A DNA stretch of 64,000 bases, from the NCBI GenBank assembly GCA_019058315.1, contig JAHPZH010000002.1, positions 128,001 through 192,000 of the forward strand. Direction: 5' to 3'. Positions 17,777 to 26,684 of this stretch are shown here, one piece after another. Position 1 is the first letter of the stretch, and each line of letters starts with the position of its first letter. Under the pieces are notes generated by a model that was given only the letters and a program-made list of their open reading frames with translations, was not told the DNA's origin and did no database searches. Both the position numbers and the translations under genes were made by a program. This stretch comes from Candidatus Helarchaeota archaeon (GTDB lineage: Archaea > Asgardarchaeota > Lokiarchaeia > Helarchaeales > RDOG01).

Positions 17777-19453
17777 TTGAAAAAAATGGGAAAGTTAAGA
17801 GAAATTACAATCGACCTAGAATCTCTTTCTGAAGAAGTAATTTATAAATATGGCGACTACCATGCAGGCTTCCGAGAATTATTACAAAATGCAAGCGATG
17901 CAATTAAAGATTATGAAGATATAAACAAACATAAGGATAAAAAATTTAGTGGATTTATTTCAGTATCATTATTTCCCCGTCATATTGTTATTAAAGACAA
18001 TGGGATAGGTCTAGCGAGTAAAGAAATAGATGAGTATTTGTTAAGGTTATATGGAACAGATAAAAAAGAAAAAGAAAGAGCAGGTATATTTGGAAGGGGT
18101 TTTTTTGCCATTTTTAAAGAATCTAAGGAAATTTATGTAATAACTCAAAGACCAGGAGAAAAAAAAGTATATTTAAAAGTCTATCCTAAAGATAATTGGT
18201 TTGTTTGTGAAGAATTGGCGTTAAAGGAGATTCCAAATAAATTTCTTGATTATACTTTATTAATTGAGCATGGTCATGGTACCAATTTAGTAGTAATTCC
18301 TAATCAAATTACGTTTAACATAGACGAAATACATAAATATTTAATTCAAACTTGCCAATTTTTTGAAATCCCATTGGTGATAAACGGTCATTCGATAAAT
18401 AAAACTTTTTTAGACGCTGTAAAGGAAGAATTAAATAATAAAGCTATTGTTGATTTTAATGAATTTGATAAAAATGACCCAAATAAGAGAATTAGTGGTT
18501 GTCTTGCGTATCAAACCGCGAATAATATGATTCAAGCATTTGTATATCGAATTAAAGTATTAAATTTAATTTCTCCCGTTGATTCAGTCTGTGGATATAT
18601 AAATTATGATCAATTAAAGGTCGTTCCTAGCCGTGATGCTCTTGTCCAAGATGAAAATTATCATTTTTTTATTAGAGTATTATCAGAACAATGTGATAAA
18701 GTAATGAAGAAGCTTTCTGAGAATCCACAAAAAGATGATTATCAAGCATTATTAAATTATGGTATTTTAAAGAAAGATCCTAGCTATATTTTAAAAGTTC
18801 CACTTTATAATATTGTTGGGGAAAGAGAAAAATATTCAATGAATGATATTTTAAATGCTATTACCACTAAAATGCTATTTCACACAAAAAAAAGAAACTT
18901 GGTAGCAGATAGATTGCGTAAACGAGGATTTATTGTTATAACAGATTTTTCAGAAAAAGAATTTGAGATGTTACAGCTCATTATAGATCAACAACGAAAT
19001 ATCACTCTATTAAGTGTAGAAAGTCCAGTTGCAAGTAAATTTGCAGGTTTAGGGAAACGGTATATTGTTCCAGAAGATGATCTATCTTCGTTAGAAAAAA
19101 AAATATTAAATATGACAAGAGAAATGGTTGATGAATTCTCTGGAGAGAAGGGTAAAATTAAAGTGTTCATTATAAAAGGTGACTTAATAGATGAAGCTGA
19201 ACATATTCCCGGTCAAATTTGGATACAAAGAGAGGGTAAAATATTAAATTTAGCTAAAAAAATTACAAAATATCCGACTTTGGTAAAAATGCTCCTAACT
19301 CCGCTTATAGCTCATGAAATTACACATGAGACTGACAAAGAAATCCATGATGAGACGTTTTACGAAATGCTAGAAACAAATTTAAAGAAAATGCAGGAAA
19401 AAATAATCCAAAAATTCTTGAATTTAGAGAAAAAAGCGTTATTAAAATTATGA
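17777..19453 (+). CDS. GHKL (Hsp90/MORC-like) ATPase with a C-terminal HExxH zincin-like domain
   Basis: RELLQNASDA (N box), DNGIG (G1), GIFGRGF (G2), GT; C-terminal AHEITHE...HDETF. Confidence 0.8.
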   Translation: MKKMGKLREITIDLESLSEEVIYKYGDYHAGFRELLQNASDAIKDYEDINKHKDKKFSGFISVSLFPRHIVIKDNGIGLASKEIDEYLLRLYGTDKKEKERAGIFGRGFFAIFKESKEIYVITQRPGEKKVYLKVYPKDNWFVCEELALKEIPNKFLDYTLLIEHGHGTNLVVIPNQITFNIDEIHKYLIQTCQFFEIPLVINGHSINKTFLDAVKEELNNKAIVDFNEFDKNDPNKRISGCLAYQTANNMIQAFVYRIKVLNLISPVDSVCGYINYDQLKVVPSRDALVQDENYHFFIRVLSEQCDKVMKKLSENPQKDDYQALLNYGILKKDPSYILKVPLYNIVGEREKYSMNDILNAITTKMLFHTKKRNLVADRLRKRGFIVITDFSEKEFEMLQLIIDQQRNITLLSVESPVASKFAGLGKRYIVPEDDLSSLEKKILNMTREMVDEFSGEKGKIKVFIIKGDLIDEAEHIPGQIWIQREGKILNLAKKITKYPTLVKMLLTPLIAHEITHETDKEIHDETFYEMLETNLKKMQEKIIQKFLNLEKKALLKL

Positions 19454-19457
19454 AATA

Positions 19458-19691
19458 TTAGGTTCCAAAACCAACAAACTTCTTTTCACGTAGTTTCTTA
19501 TGATGTTCGCGTTCTTTTTCTGCATTGACATTACTTAAATGAGAGAATGACTCCTTGGACTTTTCCTCAAGCCCCATCTGTTTAATCTTTTCCCTCTCTT
19601 CTTTAACACGCTGAATCTCCACTTTTTCGTCTTCTTCATTTGTTTCATTTAATTCTTCTTCGCTCAATTGATCAACCCTTAGCTCATTCAA
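19458..19691 (-). CDS. Small charged hypothetical protein
   Basis: 77 aa, E/K-rich, directly downstream of the actin-like gene. Confidence 0.45.
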   Translation of the reverse strand: MNELRVDQLSEEELNETNEEDEKVEIQRVKEEREKIKQMGLEEKSKESFSHLSNVNAEKEREHHKKLREKKFVGFGT

Positions 19692-19754
19692 TTATTTGTT
19701 AATAATGTTAGCATTTTATTCCTTTTAAATAAACATCAATGTAAATATAATATC

Positions 19755-21467
19755 TTAAAAAGGAGTAGCTTTTTTAAATTTAATTTGAATATCGCGATAT
19801 AGATTATGCCAATATTTAAGATATTCCCTTGTTTCATCAGAAGATATAGGTATTGGAGATTTTTTTATTAATAAATTCATTTTCTCATTAGAAGAAGATA
19901 ATTTCTTACTAAATTCGTCAGCTCTTGCCCTAAAAGTTTTTAAATTCTTTATTTCCTTGAGATTATTTAGACGCTGAATGAAATGCTTATGAAGTACTTC
20001 AGATGATTGTTGGACCGTGATTTTGAGTGATTTTTTTAATTTTTCAATTTCTTGAGGATTATTAGTAATCCAGTATTTAAATTGATCATTTTCAAGCAAT
20101 TCCCCCTTTAACTGATCCTTATTTATTAATGATACCAGCGTTTTTTTCATTTCCTCTTTATCTACACTAAATATTTCTGATAATATCTTTAAATCGACAG
20201 TAACATATTGTTTTAAAAATTGAATTAGCTTATTTACAGAATCTGGGGATTCTTCTAACCTAATAGTCTTAAAAACGGGAAGAAGTTTAATTTCTTTTAA
20301 ATTTAAATTAACATTATGTTTTTCAAATCTAATTCTATCCATAACTTGAAGTCCCTCTTCAAAAAATTCAGTGGGACTAACCATGAAATTAATAAAATCG
20401 GGATGAGCACTTAATTTAGATGCACCGCTCCATTCGATAATATTTGAATAATCTGGATGAAAACGTTTAACATTAATTTCAATGTTTATTGAGTTTCTTA
20501 AAACGTTAAGTATTCTCTCATCCATTCCTTGAAAACAAGCTCTGCCTCCTAAAATGATAGAAAGATAAAAGTCTCTTCTAATATTCCTATCAAAATTCTC
20601 CAAAATGGAACTTAGAAATTCTGGGAGAGGAAGAATGTCCTTTCCAATGAGGACAGGGTTAAAAAACATTTCTGTGACGGCGTATCGTTCAAGATCTATT
20701 AATACTCTTTTTTCATTAAAGTGAAATTCTCTTTCTAATTTCGAAATGTGGTCAAGATTTCCTTTTGTCAGATTTTCAAATTCATCACGGCTGGATGCTA
20801 CAAGACAATATCTTGAGATTTGTTCTAAAGCATAATCAGATAATACAACTCCATTTCTTGATGAAACTAGCACATCAAGGCTTTCTTTTAAATCTAACAA
20901 CGAGATATCATAGATATTTGCTTGCTGTTCAAGAATAGTTCCTTTCCACACGGGTAAAACTTGGGTAGTTGTATCGAGATAAACAATTAATCCCGTCTCT
21001 CGGTTTGTCGCTAAATAAGTTGAATAAGGTTCACTTAATAGAATTAAACCTGATGGATTAAATGTTTCAAAAATAATTTTTGCTAAGTCTTGGATGAATT
21101 GATTTGGTACAAATAAGGGGTGAGTAACGACATAATACTGCCGTCCCTTAATATCTAATAAATTAAAAATAATATTTGCCAAAAGTTTTGACAATAATTC
21201 TCTATTAATATTATAATCTAAATCAATAGGTCGAATTAATTTTAAATTAAAACGATTATCAATTGCTTCTTTCCCAAAATAAATTTCTTTAGTCAATTTA
21301 ACGTCTTTAAAATAAAGCTGCTTCATTACTTCATCTAAATGGCTCTGTGATGGGATTCCAACTATATTTGGCATAATTAGCCTGGGTTTTTCTTCCCCTG
21401 AAAAACCAACTTTGATATACTCTAAATTAATATCTAAAATGATAACCTTTGACACTAGTTTCACCAT
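19755..21467 (-). CDS. Divergent actin-related protein with C-terminal PCI/winged-helix-like extension
   Basis: IKVGFSGEEKPRLIMPNIVGIP, TGLIV...QVLPV, ERYAVTEMFFNP, IRRDFYLSIILGG and EWSGASKL parallel actin motifs; about 190 aa extra C-terminal region. Confidence 0.85.
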   Translation of the reverse strand: MVKLVSKVIILDINLEYIKVGFSGEEKPRLIMPNIVGIPSQSHLDEVMKQLYFKDVKLTKEIYFGKEAIDNRFNLKLIRPIDLDYNINRELLSKLLANIIFNLLDIKGRQYYVVTHPLFVPNQFIQDLAKIIFETFNPSGLILLSEPYSTYLATNRETGLIVYLDTTTQVLPVWKGTILEQQANIYDISLLDLKESLDVLVSSRNGVVLSDYALEQISRYCLVASSRDEFENLTKGNLDHISKLEREFHFNEKRVLIDLERYAVTEMFFNPVLIGKDILPLPEFLSSILENFDRNIRRDFYLSIILGGRACFQGMDERILNVLRNSINIEINVKRFHPDYSNIIEWSGASKLSAHPDFINFMVSPTEFFEEGLQVMDRIRFEKHNVNLNLKEIKLLPVFKTIRLEESPDSVNKLIQFLKQYVTVDLKILSEIFSVDKEEMKKTLVSLINKDQLKGELLENDQFKYWITNNPQEIEKLKKSLKITVQQSSEVLHKHFIQRLNNLKEIKNLKTFRARADEFSKKLSSSNEKMNLLIKKSPIPISSDETREYLKYWHNLYRDIQIKFKKATPF

Positions 21468-21594
21468 AATTATGAAATCAAATCATTAATGAGTATTTTT
21501 ATCTTTTTATATTGTCCTTGTTTATGTACAACTCCTTTAATTATTCTGATTTCGATTGAATTTAAAAAAAATTTGAAAAAAAATAAAAAAAAAT

Positions 21595-22740
21595 TTAGCG
21601 TTTTAGAATATGCACACAAGAAACGGAACCAGTTGCTCCTCTACCAAGCCCGATATTATGTTGTAATCCTACATCTACGTCTGAAATTTGAACTTTACCC
21701 GCAGTCCCTCGTAATTGTTCGTAAATTTCAGCTATTTGAGCAACTCCTGAAGCGCCAATTGGATGTCCTTTAGCAATCAACCCTCCGCTTGGATTCATAG
21801 GTAAGGATCCACTTAATTCAACTATACCTTCTTCTAAAAGTAAATGACCTTCACCTTTCTTTGCAAAACCAAGATCTTCGTAGTCTAATATCTCGGTTAT
21901 AGTAAAACAATCATGGATTTCTGCTACTTTAATGTCTTTGGGTTCTAAACCTGCCATTTTATAAGCTTGTTTTCCGGCAATTACACTTGCAGGAAAGCCC
22001 GACAAATTTTCATCATTATGACGCATCCAACTATCGACGCTCAAACCCGAACCTGCTACGTAAACAGGTGTGTCAGTATATTTTTTTGCTTTTTCTGCAC
22101 TAGTAATTAGGACACAACATGCACCATCGGTTACTGGACAGCAATCATACAATCCTAAAGGCCAAGATACGATTGGGGCTTTTAAAACTTTATCGATTGT
22201 TGTTTCAAATCTGTAATGTGCATATGGATAGAGAGAACCATTATGATGGTTTTTTACACTAACCATTGCTAAATGCTCTCGTGTTGAACCATAAAGATGC
22301 ATGTGCCTTGTACCTCGTAAGGCGAAAAATGCTGGCATAGTTCGAGCTCTTGCTCTCCAAATATCTGCCATAGCGGCTATTGCAATAAGTCCACCTGATG
22401 CATCTCTCATTTTTTCAACTCCGCATACCAATGCGACATCAATTACACCCGATGCAACTGCAAAACAAGCATTTCTAAAAGCATCGCTTCCAGTAGCGCA
22501 TCCATTTTCATTTCGAGATATTCCTATGTCCCATAAGGAGGTGGGCATACTCAAGGCGGCTCCCGACATTCCTCTTGCAGATCCTAACCATCCTGCTTCA
22601 ATTTCTTTTGGGTCAATTCCATTATCGACAGATTTCAAACAATTCAAATACGCTTCTTCAATCATATCATCAAAACTTTTTTCAAATAGTTCGCCAAATT
22701 TAATCATTCCAGCACCAATAACAGCTACTTTTCCTTTCAT
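21595..22740 (-). CDS. Thiolase (SCP2/archaeal acetyl-CoA acetyltransferase type)
   Basis: ENGCATGS catalytic Cys, EIHDCF, NPSGGL..KGHPIGASG. Confidence 0.92.
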   Translation of the reverse strand: MKGKVAVIGAGMIKFGELFEKSFDDMIEEAYLNCLKSVDNGIDPKEIEAGWLGSARGMSGAALSMPTSLWDIGISRNENGCATGSDAFRNACFAVASGVIDVALVCGVEKMRDASGGLIAIAAMADIWRARARTMPAFFALRGTRHMHLYGSTREHLAMVSVKNHHNGSLYPYAHYRFETTIDKVLKAPIVSWPLGLYDCCPVTDGACCVLITSAEKAKKYTDTPVYVAGSGLSVDSWMRHNDENLSGFPASVIAGKQAYKMAGLEPKDIKVAEIHDCFTITEILDYEDLGFAKKGEGHLLLEEGIVELSGSLPMNPSGGLIAKGHPIGASGVAQIAEIYEQLRGTAGKVQISDVDVGLQHNIGLGRGATGSVSCVHILKR

Positions 22741-22744
22741 TTTA

Positions 22745-23137
22745 TCACTCCCTTATTGGTTTAAATTTAATAGAATGAATTCCAAGACCTCTATCATAAT
22801 ATATTTCACGAAAATCTACCTCTACTCGAAGCCCTACTTTCATTTCTTCCGGTTTTGTTTCAGTAAGCATACCATACACTCTGCCTCCTGGTGGGTCTAA
22901 ATCAACTATTGCTAAAGGAAGCGGAGTTTCAAATGCTGCAGGTAAATAATGTTGAATTATGTAAGTCATTACGGAACCAGTTTTCGCTAATTTAACAGTT
23001 TCCCATTGGTCTACTGTTCCACATTTTACACAAATTTTGTGGTATTCTGGATAAGAAACATATCCACATGATTTACACTTTTTGCCTTCTAGTTTCAGAT
23101 TTATGTTGGTTTCACGCCAAAGAGGAGGTGTACTCAT
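22745..23137 (-). CDS. DUF35 Zn-ribbon/OB-fold protein
   Basis: CKSCG...CVKCG followed by an OB fold; lies between HMGS-like and thiolase genes. Confidence 0.9.
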   Translation of the reverse strand: MSTPPLWRETNINLKLEGKKCKSCGYVSYPEYHKICVKCGTVDQWETVKLAKTGSVMTYIIQHYLPAAFETPLPLAIVDLDPPGGRVYGMLTETKPEEMKVGLRVEVDFREIYYDRGLGIHSIKFKPIRE

Positions 23138-23157
23138 TTACATCATATCTCCTATTA

Positions 23158-24204
23158 TTATTCATATTTTTCTATTACTCCATTATATTTTAAATGTGTA
23201 CTATAATTAACATATTCTTTCTTTTTGGAAAAGGATTTTACAGGTGTAATTTTATCGCGTTTAGAATCGATTTTATCAGTTACCTTTATACTTAAAGCAT
23301 CGCTTCCTCCAGAACCATATGATATCGTTAATATAGTATCATTTGCTCCTGCTTGATCGAGAATATCCGCCAAACCAACAGGTATACATCCACAACCTAT
23401 GTCCCCAAATTTTCCGATAATAGAACCTGGAGCCATTAATTTTTTCATTAAATCTTGTTTTGGGACTCCAAGCTTCCCTAAGGTCCTTTGAACCCATTGG
23501 GCATGAGGTTGCTGTAATAATATATGTGTATAGTCCTTTCGATTCATTTGTTCCATTAATTTTAGTCCAATTTTACTGATATTAGCAATATAACCATAAT
23601 CTCTAATGAAACGACCATCTCCTAATCGTGGATAACGATCTTGGAGGCTTCGCCATCTAGACTTAACCGAAGAATTAATCGAGGCTACACCTTCAATATC
23701 TGCTATGGTATCATTTTCACCTATAATCAGGGCACCAGCTCCTGCAGCAGATATGTATTCGGATCCAGCTGAAGTAATGGGAGATCCTGGACCTCCAACA
23801 AGAATATCTGATCCAACAATTAATCCATTTTTAATTCGTCCAGATTTTATTGCATCCATGCATAAAATTATTGCAGAGGTTACTGATCTAGGAGAACCAT
23901 TTAAATCACCAATCGTAATGTCTGCTTTGGTGTCAATTCCTATAGCTATGTCCTGAGCTAAGGATGATTCGATCATTCCAGAAATTGAACAAAAAAACAC
24001 TGCACCAATTTCTTCTGGATTTATATTTGCATGATTCATAGCGTTCATAGTAGCATTATAACCCAAACTTAGCGTAGTTTCATCATGGGAAGGTACTGTT
24101 TTTTCTCCTGGAACTTTGATATCTAAATTCCAAGCTTTCGCAATATCAACAAATTTTATTCTGTAATACGGAAGATAAACACCGTATCCAACTATTCCAA
24201 CCAT
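23158..24204 (-). CDS. HMG-CoA synthase-like protein lacking catalytic residues (PhlA-like)
   Basis: GIVGYGVYLPYYRI, AAGAGA and SYGSG are present, but the nucleophile region reads DLNGSPRS (no Cys) and HQP is QQP. Confidence 0.8.
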   Translation of the reverse strand: MVGIVGYGVYLPYYRIKFVDIAKAWNLDIKVPGEKTVPSHDETTLSLGYNATMNAMNHANINPEEIGAVFFCSISGMIESSLAQDIAIGIDTKADITIGDLNGSPRSVTSAIILCMDAIKSGRIKNGLIVGSDILVGGPGSPITSAGSEYISAAGAGALIIGENDTIADIEGVASINSSVKSRWRSLQDRYPRLGDGRFIRDYGYIANISKIGLKLMEQMNRKDYTHILLQQPHAQWVQRTLGKLGVPKQDLMKKLMAPGSIIGKFGDIGCGCIPVGLADILDQAGANDTILTISYGSGGSDALSIKVTDKIDSKRDKITPVKSFSKKKEYVNYSTHLKYNGVIEKYE

Positions 24205-24342
24205 ATTTAAACCTCATTTTATTAGTTTTTTTTAATTTAAAAGAAATTAAAAGATAAATGTATAAAAGAAATTTTAAAGTTTTTCTAATTTTTTTAAACG
24301 ATAATTTATATTTTTTTAAAAATAATTCTTAGTAAAATTGTC

Positions 24343-25197
24343 TTATTTCTTTGTTTTTCTAATTTTAGTTTTTCTTTTTCGTTTGGTTTTACTTTTCTTT
24401 CCTTTAGAAATACTTTTTTTCAGCTTGACTCGTTTTTTTTTTGTTTTTTGAGTTTTTGGAATTATTTTTGTCACATTATATTTTTGTTTAAAATCATCAC
24501 TTGAATCCTTTGCTTTTTTTTCGATTGTTTTAGGCGTTTCTTGGATTTTTTCCTGTCTTTTTTTGACTTTTTCAAGCTTCTTTTCTTTTTTATCTTCAAC
24601 TACTTTTCCTTCAACAGCTTTTAGATGTTGATTCTTAGTTAAAAATTCAACTGCTTCAACTTTACCATGTTTTACAAATAACCTAGAAACATAATTTTCA
24701 GGAAGAAATATTACCCCTTCTGGTAAAAATTCGGATGGTTCGAATTTATGAGTTTTTGTATCCATAACTTTAACTTCAACTGAAACATAAAATCTGTCAT
24801 TAATTATTACTGCCTCTCTCTTGCAATCTGCGGGAATATCTTTATTTTGTAAAACTTTTTGTTGAATCTTGATATGCTCTAAGGTAGGTGCATCAGGTCT
24901 ATATGTTTTTCTAATAGGCTCAGACAAAATCTCTTTGAAATTTTTTGGTTCATCACCAGAATCGACAGTCTTGACGCTATATGCTAATTGTCGATCGCTT
25001 AAAATACTGCGTGAGCTTCTAGCTCCTGCGAACTTCTTTCTCACATTACTACATTTATTCCCTATCCAGATCCAGCATATTTTCCAGTCATGGCTCAATA
25101 TAATATAAACATTTTCTTCCTTTAACGCTTCTTTTAAGGTATTCCCCTCAGTTACTAGCTCATAATCACCAGTATCTTGGATATCAAAAACTTCCAT
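24343..25197 (-). CDS. Asgard gelsolin-domain protein (1DGelX-like) with a Lys-rich tail
   Basis: VYIIL...CWIWIG...RKKFAGAR...VDSGDEPKNF gelsolin domain, then an 'X'-like domain (LPEG...RLFVKHGKVEAVEFL) and a basic tail. Confidence 0.8.
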   Translation of the reverse strand: MEVFDIQDTGDYELVTEGNTLKEALKEENVYIILSHDWKICWIWIGNKCSNVRKKFAGARSSRSILSDRQLAYSVKTVDSGDEPKNFKEILSEPIRKTYRPDAPTLEHIKIQQKVLQNKDIPADCKREAVIINDRFYVSVEVKVMDTKTHKFEPSEFLPEGVIFLPENYVSRLFVKHGKVEAVEFLTKNQHLKAVEGKVVEDKKEKKLEKVKKRQEKIQETPKTIEKKAKDSSDDFKQKYNVTKIIPKTQKTKKKRVKLKKSISKGKKSKTKRKRKTKIRKTKK

Positions 25198-25419
25198 AAA
25201 TAATCATCTAAGTATTTTTTTGATATTTGTAAATTTGAAAATTATTATGATAAATAATCATCTCTGTTTTTTTAAGATTTTTACAATTTGTCATGAATTT
25301 CATGATGATATTCTTAATAAAAAAATACAATTTTTAAGAGGTTTGTAATCTTTACATTTTATCATTGTAAATTCATAATAAATTATTCACAAATACAATA
25401 TTTTAAAGTAAAAAAAAGG

Positions 25420-25516
25420 GTGGATTTAGCTTCATTCAGTTAGATATTATCTGAATATTTTTGAGGGAAGAAATATGGCAAAGCACTCAAATAATAATAA
25501 ACGAAGCTAAATCTAT
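25420..25516. ncRNA. Candidate structured small RNA (three-way junction)
   Basis: Closing stem GTGGATTTAGCTTC/GAAGCTAAATCTAT encloses hairpins ATTCAG/CTGAAT and TTTGAG/CTCAAA. On the minus strand there is a TATA-like box upstream and a T8 run downstream. Confidence 0.45.
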
Positions 25517-25641
25517 ACAACATATATAAAATCGAATTATTAAATATTTTTGAGTAAGTAAAAAAAATTTGTAATGAAATTATAAATGATGAAATAGATC
25601 TTAGGCTCGTCAATTTAAGGAAAAATCAAGAGGAAATTAAC

Positions 25642-26043
25642 GTGAAAAATCAAATTTTGGGCATCTTGAAGCAATTAAGAGCGAAATCAGGTATTAGGGT
25701 AAGTATGCTAGTAGGTTTTGATGGGAAAATTATAAGTATACATGAAGATGCGGTTTATGTACCTAAAAGTTTAAGAATTTCAAAAACTGAAATAGACAAA
25801 GAATATTTTACAAAGTGGTCTATCAGTTTGATACGAACACTTGAGTTTGTCTCTGAAAAGCTATTCAAAGATGGAATTAATAACATAATTCTTGAAGGTT
25901 ATAATAATACACGAGCCATATTATTCAATATAAAAGGTAAGGCAATTTTAATCGGAATATTAACAGAAAATGGAAGTTTGGGTCTCGCATATCAAGCTAT
26001 GGCGGAATGTGTCGAAAAAATAACACCAATCTTAGGAAAATAG
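25642..26043 (+). CDS. Roadblock/LC7 (MglB-like) domain protein
   Basis: SMLVGFDGKII...IILEG...SLGL roadblock pattern. Confidence 0.8.
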   Translation: MKNQILGILKQLRAKSGIRVSMLVGFDGKIISIHEDAVYVPKSLRISKTEIDKEYFTKWSISLIRTLEFVSEKLFKDGINNIILEGYNNTRAILFNIKGKAILIGILTENGSLGLAYQAMAECVEKITPILGK

Positions 26044-26129
26044 ATTAATATCCATAAGAATAAAGTTCCTAACAAACTTTATGCAATTTTAAAAGTAGAT
26101 AAAATAAATTTATTGTTATTAAATGATAT

Positions 26130-26531
26130 TTAATCCTTCTTTCTTCTACTAAACAATGCTTTTAATTCGGAATTTATAGCTGATCGTGCGCTCATCGGAC
26201 TTAAAGGTCTTGGTGCTGGTTTCGGAGCTGCTGGTTTAATTATAGGAGCTTGAGGACCCGGGGCAGGGGAAACTATTGGTTTACCGCTTGGAGTCACTCC
26301 TGTAGCTTTTATTTGTTGAATTTCTTGAACAATTCGTGTCTGAGCACCTTGTAAATTTGTAAAGTTATATTCAATATTTGCGATTTTTTGGTTTATATCA
26401 TCTATTGCAGAAACTACAATAGCCATAACTTTTGTGAGTATATCTGAAATTTCATTTATTTGTTCTTCTAATGGTTCTTCTCTTAATTTATCCATGAAGT
26501 CTGCAAATTCCTTACTCAAGTTCAAAACCAA
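26130..26531 (-). CDS. Coiled-coil + Pro-rich + C-terminal amphipathic/basic helix protein
   Basis: Helical N-terminal half, PAPGPQAP...PAPRP linker, terminal ARSAINSELKALFSRRKKD. Confidence 0.7.
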   Translation of the reverse strand: MVLNLSKEFADFMDKLREEPLEEQINEISDILTKVMAIVVSAIDDINQKIANIEYNFTNLQGAQTRIVQEIQQIKATGVTPSGKPIVSPAPGPQAPIIKPAAPKPAPRPLSPMSARSAINSELKALFSRRKKD

Positions 26532-26684
26532 CTTTTATTAATTAGCTTTAGACTTTACTAATATATTTTTATTAACCTTTTTTTAGATAATTTATTTTCA
26601 ATTAAAATATAAAAACCATCATATAATATATTTTTGTTATTGATAGAATAATTTTTAAAGGATGAATTGAGAGTTTTAAAAATC

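Noticed and set aside
25440-25523. 27-codon minus-strand ORF (MLYRFSFVYYYL...) over the structured element
   Set aside because: Very short, no SD, and expected by chance; it cannot be supported without expression data.
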